A stretch of DNA of 32,000 bases from assembly GCF_000015585.1 (NCBI RefSeq), contig NC_008789.1, positions 1,530,001 to 1,562,000 of the forward strand, given 5' to 3'. This document shows, piece by piece, positions 15,510-28,195 of the stretch. Positions within the stretch are counted from its first letter, which is position 1; each line of letters starts with the position of its first letter. Position numbers and translations under genes: made by a program. The notes under the pieces are model-generated. The model saw nothing but the letters and a program-made list of their open reading frames with translations, was not told the origin of the DNA and made no database searches. Source of the stretch: Halorhodospira halophila SL1. GTDB taxonomy: Bacteria; Pseudomonadota; Gammaproteobacteria; Nitrococcales; Halorhodospiraceae.

Positions 15510-16526
15510 TCACTCTTCCGCGGCGGTCTCCAAGACTTCCGCGATCACCGTGGTGGCGTAGGCCCCGGCGGTGAGCGTGAAGTCGAGAGAGAGGGTCTGT
15601 GCGTCGGGCCAGTGCCAGACCAACTGCCGGGGCATCAGGCGCAGTGGACGGCGGTCGGCGCGCACCCCGCGCTCGGCCAGTGCGGCCAGCAGCTCGGGCT
15701 CCTCGGCGAGGACCTCGTCTTCAAGCGCCGCCACCGCACCTTCCGGCCGATCCCCACCAACCCCGGGCAAAGGCCCGCTGGGATGGACATCCCCCTGGGC
15801 GACACGCCGCCGGAGGGGGGCATCCACCGCCACCACCGGAAAATGGCTACCGGTTCCATCGAGCGCCGCCCGTTCTCCGGCCAGCAACGTATCCCAGGTA
15901 CCGGCTGCCACCCGCCGGGCCAGCACTCGGTTGAACAGATCCGAACGCACCGCAGAGATCAGTAGCCCACGCACGGTACGACCTCGGACCGGCTCGCCCT
16001 CGAGCAACCAGGCCCGCGCCTGCTGCAGGTTGCGCCCCCCGCGCCCGAAACGCTGGGGCCCGAAATAGTTGGGGACGCCCCGCCGGGAAATGGCATGCAG
16101 GCGGCGCTCCACCGCCCGACGCGGCGCCGATACTTCGCGAACCAGCAGGCGGAAGCGGTTGCCGCCGAGCGCGCCGCGGCGCAGCTTGCGGGCGTTGCGG
16201 GTAGCCGCAACGATCTCGACGCCGTCCTCTAAACATCCCGGCAGCAGCGCCGGGCACGCCTTCGGCGCATGCACCGAGAACCACTGGGTGGTCACTGCGT
16301 GCCGGTCCTTGAGACCGGCAAAGCTCACGGCGCCCCGCGACACCCCCGCCCGAGCCGCCAATATCTTGGCGACAGCCTCGGTCGTCCAGCCGCGTTTGCA
16401 AACCTGGATCAGGCAGTGCTCGCCCACCCCGGAGGGCTGAAACGGCAGCTGCTCATCCACGCGGAAGTCCTCGGGGCAGGCGCGCAGGCGCGCCGTGCCC
16501 AAGGGTCCGCCGTGGGCCCGGATCAA
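15510..16526 (-). CDS. truD: tRNA pseudouridine(13) synthase TruD
   Basis: [23 protein letters not shown] and [11 protein letters not shown] are present. The TTG start makes a TTGA overlap with the ispF stop, so the start is moderately uncertain. Confidence 0.9.
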   Translation of the reverse strand: MIRAHGGPLGTARLRACPEDFRVDEQLPFQPSGVGEHCLIQVCKRGWTTEAVAKILAARAGVSRGAVSFAGLKDRHAVTTQWFSVHAPKACPALLPGCLEDGVEIVAATRNARKLRRGALGGNRFRLLVREVSAPRRAVERRLHAISRRGVPNYFGPQRFGRGGRNLQQARAWLLEGEPVRGRTVRGLLISAVRSDLFNRVLARRVAAGTWDTLLAGERAALDGTGSHFPVVAVDAPLRRRVAQGDVHPSGPLPGVGGDRPEGAVAALEDEVLAEEPELLAALAERGVRADRRPLRLMPRQLVWHWPDAQTLSLDFTLTAGAYATTVIAEVLETAAEE

Positions 16527-17014
16527 CCCCGCCCCGGGGCCGATTCCACCAGGACCACTGCCATCGCGGCGATCCCCTCTCCCCGGCCGGTGAAGCCGAG
16601 GCGCTCGCTGGTCGTCGCCTTGACGTTCACCGCCCCGGGCGACAGCTCCATGGCGTCGGCGGTGGCCTGGCGCATGGCACCGATATAGGGAGCCAGCTTA
16701 GGGGCCTGAGCAATCACCGTGCCGTCGACATTCACCGGCACCCATCCGGCCTCGGCAGCCAAACGCAGCGTCGAGGCCAGCAGACCGATGCTGTCGGCGT
16801 CCCGCCAGCGCGGGTCGTCGTCCGGGAAGTGGCGACCGATATCCCCCATCCCACAGGCGCCGAGCAGGCCGTCGGTGATCGCGTGCAGGAGGACATCGCC
16901 GTCGGAGTGGGCCTCCAACCGCTTGTGGTACGGGACCGCGACCCCGCCCAGCCGAAAACCCTCGCCCTTGCCGGCGAACCGGTGGACGTCGAAACCCTGC
17001 CCAATGCGAATCAC
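16523..17014 (-). CDS. ispF: 2-C-methyl-D-erythritol 2,4-cyclodiphosphate synthase
   Basis: [46 protein letters not shown]. The GTG start makes a GTGA overlap with the ispD stop. Confidence 0.95.
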   Translation of the reverse strand: MIRIGQGFDVHRFAGKGEGFRLGGVAVPYHKRLEAHSDGDVLLHAITDGLLGACGMGDIGRHFPDDDPRWRDADSIGLLASTLRLAAEAGWVPVNVDGTVIAQAPKLAPYIGAMRQATADAMELSPGAVNVKATTSERLGFTGRGEGIAAMAVVLVESAPGRG

Positions 17015-17739
17015 GCGGTTTGCTCCCTCTCCGTGGCCGCCCGCTGCGCCGTAAGCACGGCAGCAGCCAGATCCAGGTCAGCCTGATGGGTGATCTTCAG
17101 ATTGCCGGCTTCGCCAGTGACCAGCCGCGGCTGGCCGTCATGCCATTCCACAGCCTGGGCCTCGTCGGTGACGGCCACACCAGCTGCCAAGGCCGCGTCC
17201 AGCGCCGCCGACAGACGCCGCAGCGGGAAAAGCTGAGGCGTCTGGGCCTGCCACAGCCCCTCCCGGGAGACGGTGGCACCGACGCAGTCGCCATCGGCGC
17301 GCTTGAGGGTATCGCGGACCGGGGTCGCCAGCAGGGCGCCGTCGACGGCTGCCCCCCCCTCGTCGATCAGTCGGTCCAGTTCGGCCGCACTCAGGCACGG
17401 CCGTACGGCGTCGTGGACCAGCACCCGATCCTCGGGGTTGGCGATCCCGCCCAGGTAGGCCAGCGCGGCCCGAACCGAATCACGCCGCTCTGCCCCCCCT
17501 TCCACGCGGTGCACGGGTTTCCCCGCCACCTGCCTGTCCAGTCCCAGGGCGTCCCAGTGGGGGTCGTCGGCGGCCAACGCCACCACGGCCCCGGCCACCT
17601 TCGGGTGACCGAGCAGCCGTTCCAGGGCCCAGCCGATCACCGGCCGCCCCAGCAGCAGGCGATACTGTTTGGGGCGATCCCCGCCCCCCATACGCCGGCC
17701 CACACCGGCCGCCGGTATCACCGCCCAGTAGCGCCCCAT
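17011..17739 (-). CDS. ispD: 2-C-methyl-D-erythritol 4-phosphate cytidylyltransferase
   Basis: [13 protein letters not shown]...[14 protein letters not shown] and [10 protein letters not shown] are present. It lies in the conserved position between ftsB and ispF. Confidence 0.93.
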   Translation of the reverse strand: MGRYWAVIPAAGVGRRMGGGDRPKQYRLLLGRPVIGWALERLLGHPKVAGAVVALAADDPHWDALGLDRQVAGKPVHRVEGGAERRDSVRAALAYLGGIANPEDRVLVHDAVRPCLSAAELDRLIDEGGAAVDGALLATPVRDTLKRADGDCVGATVSREGLWQAQTPQLFPLRRLSAALDAALAAGVAVTDEAQAVEWHDGQPRLVTGEAGNLKITHQADLDLAAAVLTAQRAATEREQTA

Positions 17740-18011
17740 TACTCCTCCACAACCTGGTAGAAGACCTCGTCGTCCCGGATCATACCGAGTTCATAACGGG
17801 CCCGTTCCTCCAGGGCCTCGGTGCTCTCCTTAAGATTCTCCACCTCGGCCGCCAGCGCCTCGTTGCGCGCCTCGGCCTGCTCGTTCTGCTGTTGCTGCGT
17901 GGCCACGGCACCGCGCAGTTCGAGCAAGCCGGGAATACTGGCCTGCCCAAACCAGAGCTGGGCCTGCAAGAGGACCAGCAGCACAGCGAGCAACCCGTTC
18001 ACCCAACGCAT
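17739..18011 (-). CDS. ftsB: Cell division protein FtsB
   Basis: I prefer the ATG at 18011, which has AGGAGG 5 nt upstream. MRWVNGLLAVLLVLLQAQLWFG is the TM segment, followed by a coiled coil. It sits between eno and ispD, and its stop overlaps the ispD start by 1 nt (TAATG). Confidence 0.88.
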   Translation of the reverse strand: MRWVNGLLAVLLVLLQAQLWFGQASIPGLLELRGAVATQQQQNEQAEARNEALAAEVENLKESTEALEERARYELGMIRDDEVFYQVVEE

Positions 18012-18050
18012 GGCGCCCTCCTGGGACGGCCCCACGCGGCGATCACTGAC

Positions 18051-19340
<1,290 letters not shown>

Positions 19341-19352
19341 TCAGTCGCTCCT

Positions 19353-21921
<2,569 letters not shown>

Positions 21922-22368
21922 TCAGGAGTCCCGGCTATGCGGCCCGTCAGGGCCGGCCCCGTTGCGCGGGATCATACGGTCGATGATGTGCTCCAGAGCG
22001 GCTTGTGAGGCGACATCGAGCCGGCGGTAGGCGACGATCAGGCGAGCCTCGCGCTCATCGAGGCCGGGGGGGCCGCAAAGGCGATATTCAGCGCTATCTG
22101 GCTCGGCCGTCGCCACCGGATACATCGGCCCTTCCCCATACTCCAGCCAGGCCTGACGCACCCCAAGGACCTGAGCGAGGTTCGCGATGTTCTCGCGGGT
22201 CGGCAGGTTCTGCCCCTCGACCCACAGGCGGGCGGCCTGCTTGGAGACCCCGACCCTGCGGCCCAGCTCGGCATACTCCCGGGGACCGATTCCACACCGG
22301 TGGATGGCCTGCCGCAACCGCTCTGCGAACTCGGCCCGCGCCTGATCACGTGGGGTTTTTCTTGCCAT
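21922..22368 (-). CDS. XRE/Cro-family HTH transcriptional regulator (148 aa, no peptidase domain)
   Basis: The ATG is at 22368. The HTH reads FAERLRQAIHRCGIGPREYAELGRRVGVSKQAARLWVEGQNLPTRENIANLAQVLGVRQAWLEYGEG. The track ORF extends to 22590 with a low-complexity N-terminus, which I discount. Confidence 0.8.
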   Translation of the reverse strand: MARKTPRDQARAEFAERLRQAIHRCGIGPREYAELGRRVGVSKQAARLWVEGQNLPTRENIANLAQVLGVRQAWLEYGEGPMYPVATAEPDSAEYRLCGPPGLDEREARLIVAYRRLDVASQAALEHIIDRMIPRNGAGPDGPHSRDS

Positions 22369-22403
22369 GAGGGCAGCGTAAGAACGGCGACCCAAAAAGG
22401 CAG

Positions 22404-22418
22404 TTGTCGTTACGACAA
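22404..22418. promoter_or_regulatory. Inverted repeat TTGTCGT-T-ACGACAA, a candidate XRE operator
   Basis: Two 7-bp arms with a 1-nt spacer lie in the 111-nt divergent region between the XRE gene and the M1 peptidase gene. An extra TTGTC half-site lies at 22426-22430. Confidence 0.5.
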
Positions 22419-22479
22419 TTGCTGGTTGTCCCGCAGTGGCTGGGCGACGAAGCCGGGGTGACTGCGCTATGCTCCGGAT

Positions 22480-24465
22480 ATGCGCAGGCCTACCCGGATC
22501 CTCGCCGCTCTCCTTCTCGCCGCCCTGCCGGCGGCGGCCGTGGCCGCGTGGCCCGACACCCCTCAAGCCGAGATGGACGTTCGGCTGCACCCCGAAGACG
22601 GCCGCCTGGAGGGGCGCATGGCCCTGCGATTGCCGGACGAAGAGCCGCTGTCCCTGGCGGTTGGCCCAGGGTTTCGGATCGATCAGACCGAACTGACCGC
22701 CGGAAGGGTCGAGACCCTAGGTCAGCGGGGCGTCATCCTGCATCCGGACGAGGCCACCGAAGCCCGGCTGCGCTGGTCCGGCGAACCCGACGGACAGGGC
22801 CGGGGCAGCCACCTGCACACCGAGGGGGCCTGGCTCGAGGCGGCAGCCGGCTGGCACCCCCGTCCGGCATCGCGGCGGATGGGCTACCGGCTGATCATCG
22901 CTGTGCCCGAGCCGCTCCAAGTGGTCGCCGAGGGGACGCGGGCCGAGGAGCAGAGTGAGGACGGACTGCGCCGCGTCGAATTCCACCACCCGGCACCGGC
23001 ACTCGGCATCGCCCTGTTCGCCGGCGAGTGGCAGCACCGCACCCGCGAGGCTCGGCACGGGACCGTCCACACCTTCTTCCCGGAGACCCTGGCGGAGCAC
23101 CACGAGACCTATCTGGAACGCACCGCGGCCTACCTGGACGAGTACAGCGAGTGGATCGGCCCACCCCCACACGAGACCTTCTCGGTGCTGGCCACTCCCT
23201 ACCCCGTGGGGCTGGCCTTCGCCGGATTCACCGCCCTGGGCGAGCAGGTGATCCCCCTGCCCTTCATCCCGGACACCTCGCTGCCCCACGAGGTCGTCCA
23301 CAACTGGTGGGGACGCGGCGTCTACACCGACTATGACGACGGCAACTGGAATGAAGCGCTGACCTACTACATGGGCGACTACCACCAGGCCCTGCAGCGG
23401 GATATCGACGAGGCCCGCCGCCTGCGTGGTGACTGGTTGCGCAGCCAGGCCGCCCTCCCCGAGGTAGCCGACTACCCGCTGGGCGAGTTCCGGCACAATC
23501 GCGGCTCGGCGGATGAGATCGTCGGCTACCAGCGCGGCGCTTCCCTCTTCCACACCCTGCACCGCACCCTGGGGGAGGCGGGCTTCGACGAGGCGATCCG
23601 CCGGTTCTATGAGCAGCAAGTCCACCGTGAGGCCGGCTGGCCGGATCTCGAGGCCACCTTCAGCGACGCCGCCGAGGCCGACGACGCTGAGACCGAAACG
23701 ATCCAGGCGCTCTTCCGGTGGTTCCTTTCAGCCACCGAGCTCCCAGACCTTGAGATGGACGAACGCACGCTGACCGTTGCCCGCGACGGCGACGACCGGT
23801 ACCGGGTCGAGGTCGAGATCGACTGGGACGAGGAAGGCTATCCGGTCTCCATCCCGGTCGCCCTCAAGGGCGACGAGGGCCGACTGAACGAGCAGGAGAT
23901 CCACCTGCAGCCCGGAGAGCGCACCCGCATCGAACTCGCCAGCGAAACGCGCCCCCGCTACCTGCAGGCCGACCCCGATCAGCATGTGTACCGACAATTG
24001 GCCCTGGGCGAGGGGGTGGCCATCCTACGTGACACCCTACTGGCGGAATCTGTGACCCTGGTCAGCGCCTGGGAAGACCTGGAGGCAACCGCCAACCAGG
24101 CTTTGCGCGGCGATGTCGAACCCGGCGAACCCGACCGGGATCGCCCGCTGTTGATCGTGGCGCCCCGAGAGGCCGTCGGCGAACACCTGGAGGCGGCGCA
24201 GTCGTGCATCACCGAGCGCATCCGCCCCGTGGACCACGACACCGTCGCCTGGGCCAGCACCACCGGTGGCGGACAACCGCTGATCGTCCTCGCCGCTAAG
24301 GATCGAGAGCAGGCGCGCCAGGCGCTGCAGCGTCTGGCGCGCTACGGCCGCCACAGCTACGTCGGTTTCGGCAGTGCCCGCGGCGACGCCGAGACCGGAC
24401 TCTACGAACCCGCCGATCGCCACGGTCTGCGTCTACCGCTGGCCGATCAGTTCGACGGCGACTGA
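22480..24465 (+). CDS. Secreted M1-family (gluzincin) metallopeptidase-like protein
   Basis: The signal peptide is MRRPTRILAALLLAALPAAAVAAW. The zinc motif is HEVVHNWWG followed by a downstream NEALTYY (HEXXH-X18-E). The C-terminal region of about 280 aa is of unknown type. Confidence 0.8.
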   Translation: MRRPTRILAALLLAALPAAAVAAWPDTPQAEMDVRLHPEDGRLEGRMALRLPDEEPLSLAVGPGFRIDQTELTAGRVETLGQRGVILHPDEATEARLRWSGEPDGQGRGSHLHTEGAWLEAAAGWHPRPASRRMGYRLIIAVPEPLQVVAEGTRAEEQSEDGLRRVEFHHPAPALGIALFAGEWQHRTREARHGTVHTFFPETLAEHHETYLERTAAYLDEYSEWIGPPPHETFSVLATPYPVGLAFAGFTALGEQVIPLPFIPDTSLPHEVVHNWWGRGVYTDYDDGNWNEALTYYMGDYHQALQRDIDEARRLRGDWLRSQAALPEVADYPLGEFRHNRGSADEIVGYQRGASLFHTLHRTLGEAGFDEAIRRFYEQQVHREAGWPDLEATFSDAAEADDAETETIQALFRWFLSATELPDLEMDERTLTVARDGDDRYRVEVEIDWDEEGYPVSIPVALKGDEGRLNEQEIHLQPGERTRIELASETRPRYLQADPDQHVYRQLALGEGVAILRDTLLAESVTLVSAWEDLEATANQALRGDVEPGEPDRDRPLLIVAPREAVGEHLEAAQSCITERIRPVDHDTVAWASTTGGGQPLIVLAAKDREQARQALQRLARYGRHSYVGFGSARGDAETGLYEPADRHGLRLPLADQFDGD

Positions 24466-25769
24466 GCCGCAGGGCGAGACGGCTGCCAGACGATGCGCAA
24501 CCCCGGCCTGGCCCGTTCACCGGGCGCAATACCGTACCCAGCCACGGCCACGGGGCGGCTGCCCGCGAACAGCAGCGGCACCCGATCGCGCTCCCACGGC
24601 GGCACGCCGAGACGCTGGTACAGCCGCTGCAGCCGGCGCCGCGCCGCCACCTCCAGCACCCCGCTGCGAAAGACCACCGTGACCCCGTGCGCCAGCCGCT
24701 CGGGATCGATCCCCGCCGGGCTCCACTGCGCGGACAACGCCCCGCCGGCGAGGATCAGCCGCCCCTGCCCGGCCCAGGCCTGCGGGCGCGGCTCGGGATC
24801 TGCAGGCGGCGGGACGGCAGCCAACAGGTAGAGCCGCCCCCGATAGCGCCGGATGCACCCATCCGTCCACCGCAACTCCGGCTGGGCATCCGGGCCCGAC
24901 TCGATCAGCGCCTGCACGCCGGCGGCCAAGCGGCGCCCCGGTGGCGGGCGATAGCCAGAGCAGACCAACCAGTGCCGTACCACCGCCTGACGCTGATACG
25001 GCATGAGGCGCCGCAGCTCCGCCACCGCGGGGCGGCCATCGGCGGCACGCGCCGTCGCCAGATCACGGTCCAGATACCCGCCCAGCAGGGCCTGATCCGC
25101 TTGCAACGAGGCCACTGCCGACTGCAGGTGTCCGGTGGCATCCGGCCAACGTGCAGCGAGCACCGGCAGCACCCGCTCGCGCAGATAGACCCGGTCATGG
25201 GCGGGATCTCGGTTGGCCGGATCCTCGATCCAGTCCAGGGACCGGGACTGCAGGTAGGCGGTCAGCGCCGTGCGCGGCACCTCCAGCAGGGGACGCACCA
25301 GCCGGCCCCGTCCCAGCGGCCGCCAGGCCGGCATGGCACAGAGACCGTGCAACCCCCCACCGCGCAGCGCCCGGAGCAGAAAGGTCTCCGCCTGATCATC
25401 AGCGTGGTGGGCCAGAACCAGGCAGTCCCCCGCGGCCAAGAGCTCGCCGAAGGCTCGATAGCGAGCCTCGCGGGCCGCAGCCTCCAGCCCCTGACCGGCC
25501 GACGGCGGAACCACCACGCGGCGACACTCCAGCCCCACCCCGAGGCGCTCGCAGACGCTCTCACACGCCTCGGCCCAGCGGGCCGATTCGGGATGCAGAC
25601 CGTGATCGATGTGGACAGCGGCTAAGGGGGCCGGAAGCCGGTCGCGAACCTCGGCAAGGGCATGCAGCAAAGCGGTGGAGTCCCGCCCGCCGCTGAACGC
25701 GACGCGGTAAGCCGCGGCCGCGGGCGCCAGGCCCAGCAATCGAGCCACCAGCACCCGGCGGTCCAGCAC
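24447..25769 (-). CDS. tilS: tRNA(Ile)-lysidine synthase
   Basis: The PP-loop VAFSGGRDS and LVLAHHADDQAET are present, and the gene lies downstream of accA. It uses a GTG start. Its 3' end overlaps the convergent peptidase gene by 19 nt. Confidence 0.92.
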   Translation of the reverse strand: MLDRRVLVARLLGLAPAAAAYRVAFSGGRDSTALLHALAEVRDRLPAPLAAVHIDHGLHPESARWAEACESVCERLGVGLECRRVVVPPSAGQGLEAAAREARYRAFGELLAAGDCLVLAHHADDQAETFLLRALRGGGLHGLCAMPAWRPLGRGRLVRPLLEVPRTALTAYLQSRSLDWIEDPANRDPAHDRVYLRERVLPVLAARWPDATGHLQSAVASLQADQALLGGYLDRDLATARAADGRPAVAELRRLMPYQRQAVVRHWLVCSGYRPPPGRRLAAGVQALIESGPDAQPELRWTDGCIRRYRGRLYLLAAVPPPADPEPRPQAWAGQGRLILAGGALSAQWSPAGIDPERLAHGVTVVFRSGVLEVAARRRLQRLYQRLGVPPWERDRVPLLFAGSRPVAVAGYGIAPGERARPGLRIVWQPSRPAAQSPSN

Positions 25770-25774
25770 GGCCG

Positions 25775-26731
25775 TTACCCCTGGGGCTGGCCGATCGCGG
25801 CAAGGCGCTGGTGGCGGTCCGCCACCAGTTCATCCGGGCTCATCTGGCCGACCCGCGCCCACTCCTCGCGGAGCGCCTCGCGCAGCGTCTCGGCCATGGC
25901 TTCGTAATCGCGGTGGGCACCGCCCAGCGGCTCGGGGATGACGCGATCGACGATGCCCAGGTCGTGGAGCCGTTCGGCCGCCATCTGCATCGCCTCGGCG
26001 GCATCGGCGGCCCGCTCCGAACTCTTCCACAGGATTGAGGCGCACCCCTCGGGCGAGATCACCGAATAGACCGAGTAGCGCAGCATCAGCAGCCGGTTGC
26101 CGACACTGATTGCCAGCGCCCCGCCCGATCCGCCCTCACCCACCACCGTGCAGATCACCGGCACGCGCAGTTGGGCCATCTCGGCAAGATTGCGGGCGAT
26201 AGCTTCGCTCTGTCCGCGCTCCTCGGCCCCGACCCCGGGATAGGCGCCCGGCGTATCGATGAAGGTGAAGATCGGCAGCCCGAAGCGCTCGGCCATGCGC
26301 ATCAGCCGCAGCGCCTTGCGGTACCCCTCGGGACGGGGCATACCGAAGTTGCGGCGCACCTTCTCCTTGGTATCCCGCCCCTTCTGTTGCCCGATAACCA
26401 TCACCGGCCGCCCGTCGAAACGGGCCACGCCGCCGGCGATCGCGGCATCGTCCGCGTAGGCCCGATCCCCGTGCAACTCCTGGAAATCGGTGAAGATGCG
26501 CTCGATGTAGTCGAAGAGGTAGGGGCGCTCGGGGTGACGGGCCAGCTGCACGATCTGCCAGGCGCTCAGCGAGGAGAAGATCTTCTCCGTCAGCGAGCGG
26601 CTCTTGGCCTCGAGGCGCTGGATCTCCTCGTTGATGTTGACCTCGGAATCCTGGCCGACGTTGCGCAGCTCTTCGATCTTGGCCTCAAGTTCGGCGATCG
26701 GCTGCTCAAAATCCAGAAAGTTCTTGGTCAT
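25775..26731 (-). CDS. accA: Acetyl-CoA carboxylase carboxyltransferase subunit alpha
   Basis: [49 protein letters not shown] and [10 protein letters not shown] are present. Confidence 0.97.
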   Translation of the reverse strand: MTKNFLDFEQPIAELEAKIEELRNVGQDSEVNINEEIQRLEAKSRSLTEKIFSSLSAWQIVQLARHPERPYLFDYIERIFTDFQELHGDRAYADDAAIAGGVARFDGRPVMVIGQQKGRDTKEKVRRNFGMPRPEGYRKALRLMRMAERFGLPIFTFIDTPGAYPGVGAEERGQSEAIARNLAEMAQLRVPVICTVVGEGGSGGALAISVGNRLLMLRYSVYSVISPEGCASILWKSSERAADAAEAMQMAAERLHDLGIVDRVIPEPLGGAHRDYEAMAETLREALREEWARVGQMSPDELVADRHQRLAAIGQPQG

Positions 26732-26836
26732 GAGCTCCCCGTTGACCTCTCGGATGGGCGGGCGAATACCGCAGGCAGCCTGCGTGCTGGCCGTACCTTA
26801 CCAGAAGCGAAACCCCTGTGGGGACGGCGGGTTGGC

Positions 26837-27220
26837 CTACCCGAGCCGCTGTCGATAAACACGGAACAACTGGCCCGGACCCGGACGCCCGCGAGTGGTG
26901 ACGATCAGCGTCTCGCGCTCGGCCAGGTGGGCGCCGCACTCACGCACCAGGGTCTGATAGACCGAATGGGCAACGCCATCTCCCTCCAGCGCCAGCAGAT
27001 CCGCCTCCGGAATGCGCACCTCGACCCGGCATCCGGCGGTGCTGGTCAACGCCAGCACATATTCGGGCTGCTCGTCACCTTCCGCAGGCGGGCGCTCGGC
27101 CACACCATCGGCGCCAGCATCCAGCGGCGCCAGGAGCGGATCGGCGAAGACTGCAGCCACTCGCCGAATGGCCTCAAGCACCCGCCGTTCCAGGGGGCCA
27201 TCGCCAGCGTGATCGTGCAT
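26837..27220 (-). CDS. Hypothetical protein (127 aa), family not recognised
   Basis: It is the only ORF filling the accA-FAH gap. A strong SD GGAGGAGGGG lies 5 nt before the ATG at 27220, and codon third positions are mostly G/C, as in neighbouring genes. I recognised no motif. Confidence 0.55.
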   Translation of the reverse strand: MHDHAGDGPLERRVLEAIRRVAAVFADPLLAPLDAGADGVAERPPAEGDEQPEYVLALTSTAGCRVEVRIPEADLLALEGDGVAHSVYQTLVRECGAHLAERETLIVTTRGRPGPGQLFRVYRQRLG

Positions 27221-27332
27221 CTACACCCCTCCTCCGATGGCCCCGAGTGCACCACCGTCGACGCACGGCGCCATTTGCGGGACAATGGCGATTGGCAGGC
27301 CCGATCGCAACCCCACACGCGGAAACGGCACC

Positions 27333-28187
27333 ATGCGCATCACCACCGTCCGTCATCAAGGCGTTTCCCGGATCGCCGTTCACGAGCAGGGCGACCGCTG
27401 GGCGGTATCCCCCACTCCCGGGGATCTGGGTGAACACCTATGCGCCGGCACCGTCCCCGAAGCCGGCTACGACTGGCCACGGGTCACCGCCGAGGCCCTG
27501 ACCTTCCTCGCGCCTCTGCCACACCCACCGCGCAATGTGATCTGCCTCGGGCTGAACTACGCCGACCACGCCCGGGAATCCCAGCAGGCCAAGGGCGATG
27601 AGCTCGCCCTGCCCGAAGCCCCGGTGGTCTTCACCAAGGCAACAACCAGTGTCGCCGGTCCCTACGACGATTTCATCCTCGACCCGTCCGTCACCAGCGA
27701 GCTGGACTGGGAGGTGGAGCTCGCGGTCGTCATAGGCCGGGGCGGACGACACATCCGCGAACAGGACGCCCTTCAGCACGTCTTCGGCTACACCGTCGTC
27801 AACGACCTCTCCGCGCGGGACCTGCAGTTCCGACACAAGCAGTTCTTCCTCGGCAAATCGGTGGACGGCAGCTGCCCGATGGGGCCCTGGATCACCACCG
27901 CCAATGCGGTGCCGAACCCCCACAACCTCGCCCTCTCCTGCCGGATCAACGACACCACCGAGCAACAGTCGCACACCGGCGAGATGGTCTTCTCCATCCC
28001 CAGGATCATCGCCGAGCTGTCACGGGTCATGACCCTGATCCCGGGGGATATCATCGCCACCGGCACCCCCGCCGGCGTCGGCTTTGCGCGCACGCCGCCC
28101 CGCTTCCTGCAGGCCGGCGATATCGTGACCTCCGAGGTCGAGGGACTCGGTACGCTGCGTAATCGCATTGTGGCACCGGATTCGTGA
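27333..28187 (+). CDS. Fumarylacetoacetate hydrolase (FAH) family protein
   Basis: VICLGLNYADHA, PVVFTKA, LDWEVELAVVIG, VNDLSARDLQ..GKS and GDIIATGTPAGVG are present. I use the ATG at 27333 (MRITTVRH); the RBS is weak, so the start is uncertain. Confidence 0.88.
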   Translation: MRITTVRHQGVSRIAVHEQGDRWAVSPTPGDLGEHLCAGTVPEAGYDWPRVTAEALTFLAPLPHPPRNVICLGLNYADHARESQQAKGDELALPEAPVVFTKATTSVAGPYDDFILDPSVTSELDWEVELAVVIGRGGRHIREQDALQHVFGYTVVNDLSARDLQFRHKQFFLGKSVDGSCPMGPWITTANAVPNPHNLALSCRINDTTEQQSHTGEMVFSIPRIIAELSRVMTLIPGDIIATGTPAGVGFARTPPRFLQAGDIVTSEVEGLGTLRNRIVAPDS

Positions 28188-28195
28188 GCTGAGCC

